From NCBI RefSeq assembly GCF_001194135.2, contig NC_068982.1, positions 129,690,771 through 129,754,770 on the forward strand: a DNA stretch of 64,000 nucleotides. Reading direction: 5' to 3'. Shown here piece by piece: positions 25,101 to 37,094 of the stretch. This DNA comes from Octopus bimaculoides. Its lineage: Eukaryota. A program made the translations under genes and the position numbers. The notes under the pieces were generated by a model that was not told the DNA's origin, did no database searches, and saw nothing but the letters and a program-made list of their open reading frames with translations. How positions within the stretch are numbered: the first letter of the stretch is position 1; every line of letters begins with the position of its first letter.

Positions 25101-25915
25101 TTTTTTTAAAAATTAACTTTTTAAAAATGATTTTTGTTTGCATCTATCAATGAAGTCAGTATAACAGAGGAAGCTATTAGTCTTCATTTGAGTTGATTCA
25201 GTTCAGTAAATAATTTACAGATCTCTGACAATATTAGATTCAACATAAAATTGCAGTATCCTCTGATAAAGTTGCATCTGTTCTTTTGACTTTCCTTTAT
25301 AACTTGTCTGCTGGGGGTATAAATAAACTAATCACTCAGAGTAGTATTATCAAGGGAACTAATACTGCAAACAAAACTCCATGGCTAAGGCTACTTCTAA
25401 ATAATAGATATTTCTAATTAAAGTAAGTGACTGTTTCAGTAGCTAAAAGCATATAACCCTTTATAAATCACAGGGTGGATAACTAAAGAAACAATCCTGG
25501 TAACGGCTAGATTATTCTCAATTCAGTTCTTTCAGCAAAGAAATTAGCAGCCATAAATTTCATATTTAATTAAACTTGTTTATATTGCTTAATTTTTAAT
25601 ATTTAACTTTAATTTCACAAGAGAGTATGTTAGTGAGTGTATTTTTATTGGTCTACATATTAGCTGCTCTTTTGAATTACCAACAACCATGATAGAGCAT
25701 GTCAAGCATTTATTTTTATTAAATCTAAGCACTCTAGAATTTGTTTACTCGGATTGTTTTCTTCTTTTTTTTAATGAGCAGATCAAAGGAGGGGCAGTGA
25801 TCATAAAGCTTGAAATCCCACCCAGTCTGGTGAAACTAATGTAATTGATGTTCACCTTGAATATCAGTAAGTTTTTGCCTGTAGGAAAAAGGTAGGTTGG
25901 CAAGGTATTCTAGAG

Positions 25916-26169
25916 CAGGGGTTTTCAAACTTTTTGACTTGCGGACCCCTTTATATTTCAGGCTTTACCTTAGGGACCCCTTTATAAACGCTTATGAAAT
26001 TTATACATAAATATTTGCTTAAAATAACATTTTTACATTTATTTATTTAACAGTATTTAGCAAAATAGGTTTATTGTTAATTAAAAGATTTTGATTAAAA
26101 AACATATATAAAATCAAATTGCCCATAAAAAGTATTTGTGGTCCACGGACCACAGTTTGAAAACCCCTG
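25916..26169. mobile_element. hAT (Charlie-type) MITE, 254 bp
   Basis: Perfect 16 bp TIRs CAGGGGTTTTCAAACT / AGTTTGAAAACCCCTG. Perfect 8 bp TSD TTCTAGAG (25908-25915, 26170-26177). Subterminal ggacccc motifs. Confidence 0.95.
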
Positions 26170-27109
26170 TTCTAGAGAATAGCTGACTTGAGTAAAATGG
26201 GACTGGATAAAGTATAAGGCTCATGGGTGAAACATAAGTAACCAAAGGAGCAGAGATGGGATATTGACAGAGAGGGTGTGCAACTAGCTAGTTTAGAAGA
26301 GTAGAGGCTACATCAGTAGAGGAAGAAACAACATGTATGTAAGCTAGAAATTGTAGTAATGTTCATGAATAAATCTTTGCCAATTAAACAGTTTTCACTT
26401 CAAAATGGAATCAATCTAACAGATGCTTTCTCTATAGACCAGAAAGAGAAGTCACTTTCCTCATCCTCTGTTCCATGTGAATTTATTTTGAAATAGGCTA
26501 CAGGATCCCTAAGTAAATTAATTAAAACTTAATTGCTAATAAGTTGAAGAGTGAGAAGATTTAAAAAAAAAAAAAGGTTTTTTGACAAAGGAGAAATAGA
26601 AAGAAAGAAAAGCAATGAGAAATTAATATTTCTTTTTTTCTTATAGGTACAACTGGAAAGCATTAAGGCTTCACAGAAATGCCATTGCCTGTGCCTGCTA
26701 TGCACAAGGAGACTATAGGTAGTGAAGGTAAGGAGAATCATAGAAATCATATACTAGCAGAATAAACATGCACAGGACATTTAATAACATAATACGGAGC
26801 TCTTTTTCTTTCAGCAAAAACAGGTTTGTAAAATAGGACATTTTACGATACTTTGTTGGTTAGTTCTACTGTTAAATCCAATTTTCTGAAAGTTCTTAAC
26901 AAATGAATCAATTTCTAATTATCTCACCCTATCATTACTCTTTTGACTGCTAATTACACATCAAAATTATCAATGTATTTTTGGAAAGCAAACAACTAAT
27001 GCTTCAAATTCAAAAACTATTTTCCAAAATAGCATAAATTCATTGCTGCTCTTGCTTTTGGTTTAGTTACTTCTCATTATAGTTAGTCTAGAAGTTACTG
27101 TGTTCATCA

Positions 27110-27325
27110 CTGATATAACTGTCTCAAGTCCTAGAACTCATAGGGCCAATTACCCATTCTCTCTGAACGGGACATCAATCTGTTGTAGGGTTACTTGTTT
27201 ACAGCTGAATGAATTGGAGCATTGTGAAATGAAGTGTTTTGCTCAAGAACACAATGGTGTTCCAGGAATTGAAACCACAACCATGTAATTGTGAGTGCAA
27301 CACTAACCACTAGGCCAAGCACTAT
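27110..27325 (-). mobile_element. tRNA-derived SINE, family 3
   Basis: Minus strand: A-box tggcctagtggtt, B-box ggtttcaattcc, then tgtgttcttgagcaaaacactt. The body differs from families 1 and 2. Confidence 0.7.
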
Positions 27326-28264
27326 CATTATTATAAATATATTAGCACTAATTTTACTGTTTATTTTCCTGTATGATATCCCAAAGTTACTTTCCCTCAT
27401 GACTATGTTGCTTTACCACACCAGCATATGTACAATATTTCTTTCTGCATAAATATTTCTGTATCCACCTCAGTATAGATACATGTATGTCTGAGCTTTG
27501 CAGAAGAAATCTAATAAAGTCAAAACATGTCCGGAGTTGTCACTATATCTGCTAAAAATTAAACTATATTTCTCCTAAAAGACCTCGTTTAGTTAGATGG
27601 TGAGTATAAACTCAAAAGCTGTGAGTTATAACAAAAGATTTTTCTAAAGACTACGTTGGATGCCAAAATAATCACAAGGAGGGATCTTCTATTGGTCATT
27701 CAGCCAGACAGAAGTAGCAACCAAAATCTGCCTCAAATCACACACTTTAAGAAAAAAAGTAGATGCATTATGCCTTAGATAATAAAGTACTAGATACACT
27801 GTCTGAAAGAACGATAGAATGGTGGCAGCTGGAAACACCTTTGATTGTAAGTCTGGCTTTGTACAAAACAAAAACAGTAACAATTAATTGAATGTATAGT
27901 TACTCATAAATCTACTTGTAGCAATGAAGAGAGATTTGACATTAAGCTCTGCACATCTTTATATTTAACTCCGAATTAATTGCTTTAATCATAATTTGGC
28001 ACAGATCCTGATGTAAATCCCAAACAACATAATGGCTAATATCAGTTATTAGCATTAAGAGACGTGAATACATCATTATTTCGTATTACCATCTTAGTAA
28101 CATTCTTTTTCTTATTTATATATTTAGAGATTTACTCACTGATGAAATGACTAAGTGGATAAGATATTCAACTACATTCTGATAACAAATCAACTACATG
28201 CACTTCATTAGTAATGTTCCATACTTTTCTTTTTTTTAACATTTGATCATAGCCCATATTTATA

Positions 28265-29128
28265 TCATTGTAAGCTCGCAAGGAATGAAGCCAGTATGCT
28301 CCATTGGATGTGTAATGTCAATGTGAATACCCGTCAGAGTGTAAGTATCTTGAGAGAAAAGCTGAACATTAGAAGCATCAGTTGTGGCGTGCAAGAGAGA
28401 CGATTGCGCTGGTATGGACATGTGGTGAGAATGGAGGAGGATAGCTGCGTGAAAAAGTGCCACACCCTTACAGTTGAGGGAACCCGTGGAAGAGGTAGGC
28501 CCAGGAAGACCTGGGCTGAGGTGGTGAGGCAAGACCTTCGTACATTGGGCCTCACCGAGGCGATGANNNNNNNNNNNNNNNNNNNNNNNNNNNNNNNNNN
28601 NNNNNNNNNNNNNNNNNNNNNNNNNNNNNNNNNNNNNNNNNNNNNNNNNNNNNNNNNNNNNNNNNNNNNNNNNNNNNNNNNNNNNNNNNNNNNNNNNNNN
28701 NNNNNNNNNNNNNNNNNNNNNNNNNNNNNNNNNNNNNNNNNNNNNNNNNNNNNNNNNNNNNNNNNNNNNNNNNNNNNGCACATGAGATGCACCATTTTGA
28801 GCGTGGCCGTTGCCAGTACCGCCTGACTGGCTCCTGTAGGATTTTCGAGCGAGATCGTTGCCAGTGCCCCTGGACTGGCTTGTGCGGGTGGCACATAAAA
28901 GACACCATTTCGAGCGTGGCCGTTTTCGTGCGGGTGACACGTAAAAGCACCCACTACACTCTCTGAGTGGTTGGCGTTAGGAAGGGCATCCAGCTGTAGA
29001 AACTGCCAAATCAGACTGGAGCCTGGTGTTACCATCCGGTTTCACCAGTCCTCAGTCAAATCGTCCAACCCATGCTAGCATGGAAAGCGGACGTTAAACG
29101 ATGATGATGATGATGATGATGATGATAT
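28265..29128 (+). mobile_element. 5'-truncated RTE-clade LINE: RT C-terminus, 3' UTR and (GAT)n tail (spans an N-gap)
   Basis: MLHWMCNV...RRLRWYGHVVRMEEDSCVKKC...GTRGRGRPRKTWAEVVRQDLRTLGLTEAM is the RTE thumb/C-terminal signature. After the gap come tandem units, the family core and a (GAT)n tail. High CpG retention. Confidence 0.92.
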
Positions 29129-29456
29129 CTTACAAGTAAAAATATTTCCATCTCTGGCAAGGCTTATGTAAGCAAAAATGAAAATTTTGACACAAAGACT
29201 ATCTAAAAATCATCAACTGCCCAATGGCGCACAAATACATTAAATTTTAACATTTCCTTTTTGCCATTTTATGCCTATTTTAGTGAGGAAATATTCTGCT
29301 TTACCTTACTGAGAAGTTCTCTGCTAACTTTTCAGAATTCTCACTACTAACCACTTCCTAACCAAGTTAGCTCTCTAAGCTGCAGTCCAGCAAATAAATA
29401 AAGTCACCATCTTTGCTTCCAACTCCACTGGCACACTCTCACCATATATATACAGT

Positions 29457-31290
29457 TGTCATCATCATCATCATCATCATCATCGTTTAACATCTGCTTT
29501 CCATGCTAGCATGGGTTGGATGATTTGACTGAGGACTGAACCAGATAGCTGCACCAGGCTCCAATCTGATCTGGCAGAGTTTCTACAGCTGGATGCCCTT
29601 CCTAATGCCGACCACTCCGAGAGTGTAGTGGGTGCTTTTACGTTCCACCGGCACGAGGGCCAGTCAGGCGGTACTGACAACAGCCACGCTCAAATGGTGT
29701 TTTCCATGTGCCACCTGCACAGGTGGCCAGTCCAGTGGCACTGGCAACGACCTCGCTCGAATATTTTTTCACGTGCCACCGGCACAAGTGCCAGTAAAGT
29801 GATGCTGGTAACGATCACGCTCAAATGGTGCTATTTATGTGCCACTGGCACGGATGCCAGACAGCTGCTCTGGCAATGGTCATGCTCAGACGGTGCTGTT
29901 AGTGCTCCACTGGCATGGGTGCCAGTCATCGAATTTGGTTCAATTACAATTTCAATTTCACTTGCCCCAAAGGGTCTTCACAAGCAGAGTTTAGTGTCCA
30001 ATGAAGGAAAGGTACGCATAATGAAGGAAAGCTACACCCCTGGCAAAGCCACGTGTTATGGTCTCACTTGGCTTGCCGGGTCTTAACATAAGCAAACTTC
30101 TTATTTTGCTTCTCCCTTGGCTAGGTATACCTGTCTCCTAGCTTTCCTTATGGCTATCTGATACAGTTCCCTGCTACCCCAGGCCTTCCAGGCTTATTTC
30201 TTTGCTCTAATGGCCCTGTCTACAGCATCGTTCCACCACCACATCATTCTAGGTTTAGATGGGACTTTGCACCAGCCACATATTTGGTTTGCAGCACTCA
30301 ACAAGCTGTCCTGCAAGAATTTCCAGTTGCCCACTGTCACAAGTCTGCAGCTCCTCCTCCCCCTCATCAAATTTCTCAATTACGATGTCCCTAAATCTCT
30401 GACCATATGAAGAGTCTTTAAGCTTCCAAATCCTTCTTTTCCAGATTGGTCTGTTTCTTGGCATCCCTCTGGCTTGGAGTCTAAAGTCACTATTGACTAG
30501 TCTATGCTGGGGAGTACATTCTTCACCAAGGAGGGTCTTTGCATTTAAGAGCAACCATGCATCCTGCTGTCTAGTGAGAATGTAATTGATCTGGCTAGCA
30601 CAGTCACCTGATTGGTTGGTTATCAGGTGACTGGCTGGCTTCTTGAAGTTGGTGTTTCAAATCAGTAGGTTATTTGCATCACAGAACTCCAGTAGCCTTG
30701 TTCCCTCTTAATTTTGGGAACCAATTCCATGGCCCCCATGTACATCATGAAAGATACCATGCTGCCATCTGACATACCCATTGAAATCCCCAGCCATTGT
30801 TACTTGCCTTTGAGATAGCCTGCATAAGAATATCATAAAAGTGGTCCTTCTGTTCATTTGGTAGGCCCACTCGTGGGGCATAAGCAGAGATAATTGTCAC
30901 TATACTATTCTGCAAGACCAGCCTGTGCTTAAGTACTCTATAGCACACTGACTACCTCTGACCTTATCCACCCATTTCTCTGCAAGAAGTATGCCCACAC
31001 CACCTACCCCATCGCTGTTATCTTCTCAGAAGGTTTTATACCTATGTGACTTGCCTGTGAGGAACCTGGCTGAAGCTCCTCTTCACCTTACCTCTTGGAT
31101 GCAACATACATCCACACACCTCCATTCAAGCATCTCAGCAATCTTACTAGACCTAACTTTCAATGTGCTTACATTGACAGTATCAAATCTGAAAACTGGG
31201 AAAGGGACGTGGGAAAGAAAATGGGAAGGAGAGCTGGTATTCAGCACCTGAAAAGAAGGTTTCAATGATCGTTTGATAACAGACATGTTA
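29457..31290 (-). mobile_element. RTE-clade LINE with APE endonuclease domain and 3' UTR but the RT domain deleted; pseudogenised
   Basis: APE motifs NVSTLKVRS..VDVCCIQEVR, TIISAYAP, QHRLVNSDF, MMWWWNDAVDRAIRAKK. At ~30085-30092 the sequence jumps to KTRQAK*, then the 3' UTR and tail at 29457-29485. Confidence 0.9.
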
Positions 31291-31709
31291 CATCAGTTGT
31301 TCTCGCTTTAATCCACCACCATTCAAACATGTTAAAACTGTTGTCTCTATTGGGAGTGAGTGCAATGTAAGCATTGTAAATATAAGTGCTATGAGTGTTG
31401 TAAATATAAGTGTTACTGCTGCAAATATAAATAGGTCAACATCTAAATTAAATAAGTAAATGAGCTGCAATTGGTTAGTCCATTATATATAAAGAGAAAG
31501 AGGTAGGTGGTATGTTAATTTACTAAGAAACATCTTTTGATGCATGAAGTAGTGTGGATGATTGGTGGTGGTAGGGAGGGAGGGATGGAGGTATGCAAGT
31601 CTTCTGGTACAACAGCAAGGCAGAGCCTGCCCTATAGGGGTTTTCCATATAAGAGATTTCTGGTATAAGTGATGGGGGCATGAATGGGTGGGCGCATCGC
31701 GGACAAGCA

Positions 31710-32384
31710 ATGGCCAGTTTCAGCTCAGGAAACAGAAATAGCAGTTAGAAGACACTAGTGAGGCAGACAGAGAGAGAGAGAGAGAGAGAGAGACCTGAAA
31801 GACTTTATTACTGGGGAAATCGTGACAAGATTGAAAAAGACAGGTTATAAAACAAGGTGAGAATGTTTACAAATTTTAGAGAGAGGGAGAGACCACTGAG
31901 GAAATCATGGCAAAGTATGGGAACACATGAATTATGAAACAGGGAAAAAATATTGCAAGGATTTAAAGAATTATGATTTTTGAAAGTTATTTGAAGAATT
32001 AAAGAATTACAAGTTTTGAAAATTATTTTAAATCAAAATACAGCACGTTAGCATTACAAGATAGATGAATGCATGATGCGCGATTAAAAACTAGAGAAAT
32101 TTCTTAGCTTAGCTGGTCATTTTGCATGGTATAAGTGTCAACACCTGAGCAAGCAATGTGAAAGTTTGGAAAACCATGTGCAAAGAGTTCTTTATATAAT
32201 CTACAGCCAGAAGTGGTCAAATAAATGGCCAGCTTCACCTCAGGAAATAGAAATAGCAGTAAGAAAACACTAGTGAGGCACAGAGAGAGAGAGAGAGAGA
32301 CACTTGAAAGACTATATCACTGGGGGAAATCATGACAAGAATGAGAAAGGCACAAGTTATAAAACAAGAGAATGTTTACAAATT
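31710..32384 (+). repeat. Diverged direct repeat (~165 bp blocks at 31710-31875 and 32225-32384, period ~510-515 bp)
   Basis: atggccag.ttca.ctcaggaaa.agaaat.gcagt...cactagtgaggca(GA)n...gaatgtttacaaatt occurs twice. The second copy runs into the N-gap. Confidence 0.8.
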
Positions 32385-33173
32385 NNNNNNNNNNNNNNNN
32401 NNNNNNNNNNNNNNNNNNNNNNNNNNNNNNNNNNNNNNNNNNNNNNNNNNNNNNNNNNNNNNNNNNNNNNNNNNNNNNNNNNNNNNNNNNNNNNNNNNNN
32501 NNNNNNNNNNNNNNNNNNNNNNNNNNNNNNNNNNNNNNNNNNNNNNNNNNNNNNNNNNNNNNNNNNNNNNNNNNNNNNNNNNNNNNNNNNNNNNNNNNNN
32601 NNNNNNNNNNNNNNNNNNNNNNNNNNNNNNNNNNNNNNNNNNNNNNNNNNNNNNNNNNNNNNNNNNNNNNNNNNNNNNNNNNNNNNNNNNNNNNNNNNNN
32701 NNNNNNNNNNNNNNNNNNNNNNNNNNNNNNNNNNNNNNNNNNNNNNNNNNNNNNNNNNNNNNNNNNNNNNNNNNNNNNNNNNNNNNNNNNNNNNNNNNNN
32801 NNNNNNNNNNNNNNNNNNNNNNNNNNNNNNNNNNNNNNNNNNNNNNNNNNNNNNNNNNNNNNNNNNNNNNNNNNNNNNNNNNNNNNNNNNNNNNNNNNNN
32901 NNNNNNNNNNNNNNNNNNNNNNNNNNNNNNNNNNNNNNNNNNNNNNNNNNNNNNNNNNNNNNNNNNNNNNNNNNNNNNNNNNNNNNNNNNNNNNNNNNNN
33001 NNNNNNNNNNNNNNNNNNNNNNNNNNNNNNNNNNNNNNNNNNNNNNNNNNNNNNNNNNNNNNNNNNNNNNNNNNNNNNNNNNNNNNNNNNNNNNNNNNNN
33101 NNNNNNNNNNNNNNNNNNNNNNNNNNNNNNNNNNNNNNNNNNNNNNNNNNNNNNNNNNNNNNNNNNNNNNNNN
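32385..33173. other. Largest assembly gap; other N-runs at 6188-6387, 21198-21211, 28567-28777, 34795-35048, 49763-49847
   Basis: Runs of N, most flanked by microsatellites or young repeats. Confidence 1.
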
Positions 33174-33283
33174 TTCTTCTTATTTTTTTTTTTTTTTCAA
33201 GTTAAATATATTCAAGTTTGTAACTAAAATCCATATATATCTTCACATTTTATATGAATTATTCTTGTTTAATGATAATTTTT

Positions 33284-33685
33284 ATCATCATCATCATCAT
33301 TTAACATCCTTTTTCCATGCTGGCATGGGTTGGATGGTTTGACTGAGGGCTGGCAAACCAGAAGGCTGCACCAAGCTCCAATCCGATGTGGCAATGTTTC
33401 TCCAGCTGGATGCCCTTCCTAACACCAACCACTCCAAGAGTGTAGTGGGTGCTTTTTACGTGCCACCAGCACGAAGGCCAGTCGGGTGGTACTGGCATCA
33501 ACCACGCTCAAATGGTGCTTTTTACATGCCACTGGCATGGGTGCCAATCAGGTGGTACTGCCATCGGCCATGAAAACGACTTCACTTGCCTCAACAGGTC
33601 TTCACAAGTGCAGTGTATTGCCCAATGATTGAAGGGGGTGCTCTTATTTGAGCTGACTATGCTGCACTGGCATAGGCCGTGGTTA
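33284..33685 (-). mobile_element. RTE-LINE 3' UTR copy, sense to the host gene, next to a splice donor
   Basis: (CAT)n tail at 33284-33300, core and two units. The proximal UTR (cactggcataggcc) matches the reverse complement of 52318-52335. Confidence 0.85.
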
Positions 33686-33707
33686 TAAAAAAATTAATGC
33701 AACTTAC

Positions 33708-33801
33708 TTGCTTTCCATGGATGAGCTGGTTGTTTTCTTCGAATTAAGATCAAGATGACAAACAACACTAAAGGAATAAATTGTTCAAACAGCAGAACCA
33801 A
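33708..33801 (-). CDS. ABCA2: ABCA2-like transporter, internal coding exon (first TM helix), 94 nt, phase 0 in / phase 1 out
   Basis: Acceptor tttcag| and donor |gtaagt on the minus strand. Translates LVLLFEQFIPLVLFVILILIRRKQPAHPWKA, which I recognise as resembling vertebrate ABCA2 [25 protein letters not shown]. Phase joins correctly to the next exon. Confidence 0.9.
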
Positions 33802-35339
33802 CTGAAATTTAAAAACATATACTAAAATTAATACTGGGAAAAAAAAAAGAACTCACAAAGAGATCAACATTATTTTTATTTATTTATTTATCTATTTATT
33901 TATTTGTATAATATTTTACTGATTAGCAGAAAAAAAGAAATAATTGGCTCAGAGTGTCAGCTGCCTATATTGTTGTGTCCTTTAAGAAGGGAGCAACTTG
34001 GAATGGGAATTAGTTCTACTTGTTTAGAAATAGGAAATACTTAAAACCAATTCAGACAAAGCAAAGAACAAAGACCTTTTTAAATAACAACCTTAACTAT
34101 TACAGAGCATTGTTCAAAATATACAAAACTAAAATATATAATTTGTACAAAATTATATCCTTATGCATTGAGAATTTGTTTGATGTTTAGTATCCTAAAG
34201 TGTAAGAATGATAACTTCCAGTATATTAAGCTGTAAGATTGACAACCTTGGTAGTTAAGTTGTTATAGGTGTTTTATATAAGTTTTCTAAGCACTTTTTG
34301 AACTATGAACACACATGATAGGAAACCAACATTGAACAAAACAAATCTTTTCTTCTAAATTTATACAGATGCTCCACTGAGAATTTACCAAATTAACATA
34401 CTCTGCACCTATTGGATCATCTGACCAATGTCTATATGGATACCAACCACACATCCATATAGGGCTTTCCTATAAGGTGTTATCCACCCCTGATTGGAAC
34501 TCTCCCGTATGACATGTACGCATGCTCAGTGACTTGCTTTAACAGTTGCAATCAGCTTAATGCACATTGCCAGTGACATTTGATATAATTAGCCACACTC
34601 TGTGGTCAGGATTCTTTTTTTGGTTTTATGTCGGTATCGAAGGGATTACCAGACACCGGACAATACAGTGAGAGCAGCTTTCACTCACATCGTGGTATTC
34701 GATGCTGTGTACGTGTCTGTTGTGGTAAAATATGCCACTCCTTAACTGTTGCTTTGCTTTCATCCGTAGCACGAAGTAATTATATCATTATCTGNNNNNN
34801 NNNNNNNNNNNNNNNNNNNNNNNNNNNNNNNNNNNNNNNNNNNNNNNNNNNNNNNNNNNNNNNNNNNNNNNNNNNNNNNNNNNNNNNNNNNNNNNNNNNN
34901 NNNNNNNNNNNNNNNNNNNNNNNNNNNNNNNNNNNNNNNNNNNNNNNNNNNNNNNNNNNNNNNNNNNNNNNNNNNNNNNNNNNNNNNNNNNNNNNNNNNN
35001 NNNNNNNNNNNNNNNNNNNNNNNNNNNNNNNNNNNNNNNNNNNNNNNNCGTCCGATACTTCAGACTTATCGTCCGATGAATTTACTTTGTTGACATATCA
35101 ACAGAATTTTTATACCTTTCAACCTTTCAATCAAGTCCGCCTTTCTTCCAGTAACATACTGTCCATATAATCTTAAATATCTCTTTAACTCAGGCACAGT
35201 AAGTACTTCGATAGCTGAATCATCAAGCTGCTTTATATCCATGATAAGACGTAAAACAATAACAATGGCGTGGGTAGCCTCCGGAAGTTTAATTATCTAC
35301 ATGGAGCGCCGCCTAGCCAAGGGAGATAACCTACTTATA

Positions 35340-36340
35340 GGAAAGCCCTATACTACACAATGCTCTTCCATCTTCCAAATTCAATGGCATTTCACACCAG
35401 CTAACTGGTTTAAGCCATGGCAATTTTATGTTAATCATTGGCATCAGCTTTGCATCGTTACCAACTTGTCTGAGATAGCTAAGCAACTGACTGAAATCAT
35501 CCATTTAAGCAAGTCTTCACATTTTTTACACAACCCCATATTTTTCCAGTGGTTCACAACAGATGCATAGCAGTACATGTTAAATAAATGGCCTACAATT
35601 ACTGGAAACAATTCACTAACCTTTGTTAACTGAAGGTATTTAGCCACAACCACATCTGCAAGGACACCATCCAAAAAATATACTTTTGTACACCACCATC
35701 AAAAACTACAGTCAGTCCTTTTAATCCATAGCCAAAACATTCAAACACCACAGAATATTCTTATTCACCAATTATGATGGCTCCATAAGCAGTTCTCCCA
35801 TGAAAAAAATGTCCACATTTGCTGACCACTTTGTAACCAATTCCACACTACATACACTTGGCACACCTTTCCTACACCACTAATTTCACCACAATGTGTA
35901 CATATAATCCAAGCACAAAGATACCTGTTGCTTCAATCCAACAAAGTTATCTCCTGGACCAGACTTTTGACCAGAATTTATATCAGACTGCATTGTCACA
36001 ACATGTCCTGATGAGGATCTCTCTGAACCACACAATCAAATGATATACTCCTAAGATTCAATTATATCATACTCCTTTTCCTATATATTTTAATGGATTA
36101 CTTGCTAGCATTTCTAACATCCACTCTAATGCATATGTGCTCTCTTTTATGAATTCTACTGTGACTAAAACAGCTTCAACTCCTTAGATCTGATAGCAGC
36201 ATTACCAACTTTCCCCCAATCTATTCATCACTTCCCTGTACCACTACTCCAATCCCAGACTTCACACAAGTCACTCTACCCAATACGTTCTGAGTATCAC
36301 GCTTTCTGTCAATATTTTTCCTGCTGCTTTTTTACTTAAA
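35340..36340 (+). mobile_element. Degraded L2/CR1-group LINE (internally deleted)
   Basis: Remnants such as ANWFKPWQFY..WH, QWF..DA, DGSISSSP.KKMSTFADHF..NSTL, SPGPD, and a 3' IFNGL...SSLPC region. Confidence 0.55.
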
Positions 36341-37060
36341 GATGTTCAAATTTAATGCCAACAGCACCAATTTCTCCTATCCCAAAGGACCTGTGAAAGT
36401 CACGTTGTGAAGAATTCAAAGACTAAAATAATTAAAATATTGCTTTAGCAGGCATCAACCTGAGCCTTAAACTCCACTTGCTTGTATTATCAATCCAAAT
36501 TTTTTTCATTATTCTAACAAGGGTCTCAAACTCACTTTGTATTCATGTGATTTTAGGTTTGGACAAGTGATTTGGTTGTATTTTCCAACTGACTAAAGTT
36601 TTTCCTAAATGAAATTTGGTAGAGTGAAATTGTCTGGGGAGACTTTAATGTGTGGGTTTTGGTGGGTGTTGTGTGAATGCTGGTGTAAAATGGTGCAGCA
36701 AGTTGCTTCTTTTTTGCAACAAAATGTTACTTAGCCAACAGACAGATTGGATAGCTGCAGTCCAATAACTGAAACCATTAAGAAGCGAAATTACTATTAA
36801 ATTAACATTCAAACTGGAAAAACTAAGAAGCAAGCTTCCAACTGCCAAGTCTGATTTCAGATCCCATTCCAAGTCTTTCTTCTTTTCACCTGACTTATGT
36901 CACTAAACAATTATGAAAAGAATATCAAAAACCCTTGATTCCTTCTATCCTGAAATCAGTCAAAGAGTCACTGAATACATCTGACCATGAATCGAAGTCA
37001 TTCATTGTTATTTACACTATTAAGATAAAGATTAGTATTCTTATTTTTATGGTTTAAAAA

Positions 37061-37094
<34 letters not shown>

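Noticed and set aside
32304-33342. Long ORFs in the supplied track (also 5806-6459, 34628-35170, 49708-49929)
   Set aside because: They are open only because they run through N-gaps or microsatellites.
35530-35560. Minus-strand WKN codons as a candidate first ABCA exon (also 41985-42005)
   Set aside because: The context (VVNHWKNMG; PILAWKNRHM*) lacks the QL.LLLWKN...RR motif and a donor site, and both lie inside retroelement relics.
36645-36872. Minus-strand 75 aa ORF upstream of the 94 nt exon
   Set aside because: No ABCA similarity and no convincing splice signals.
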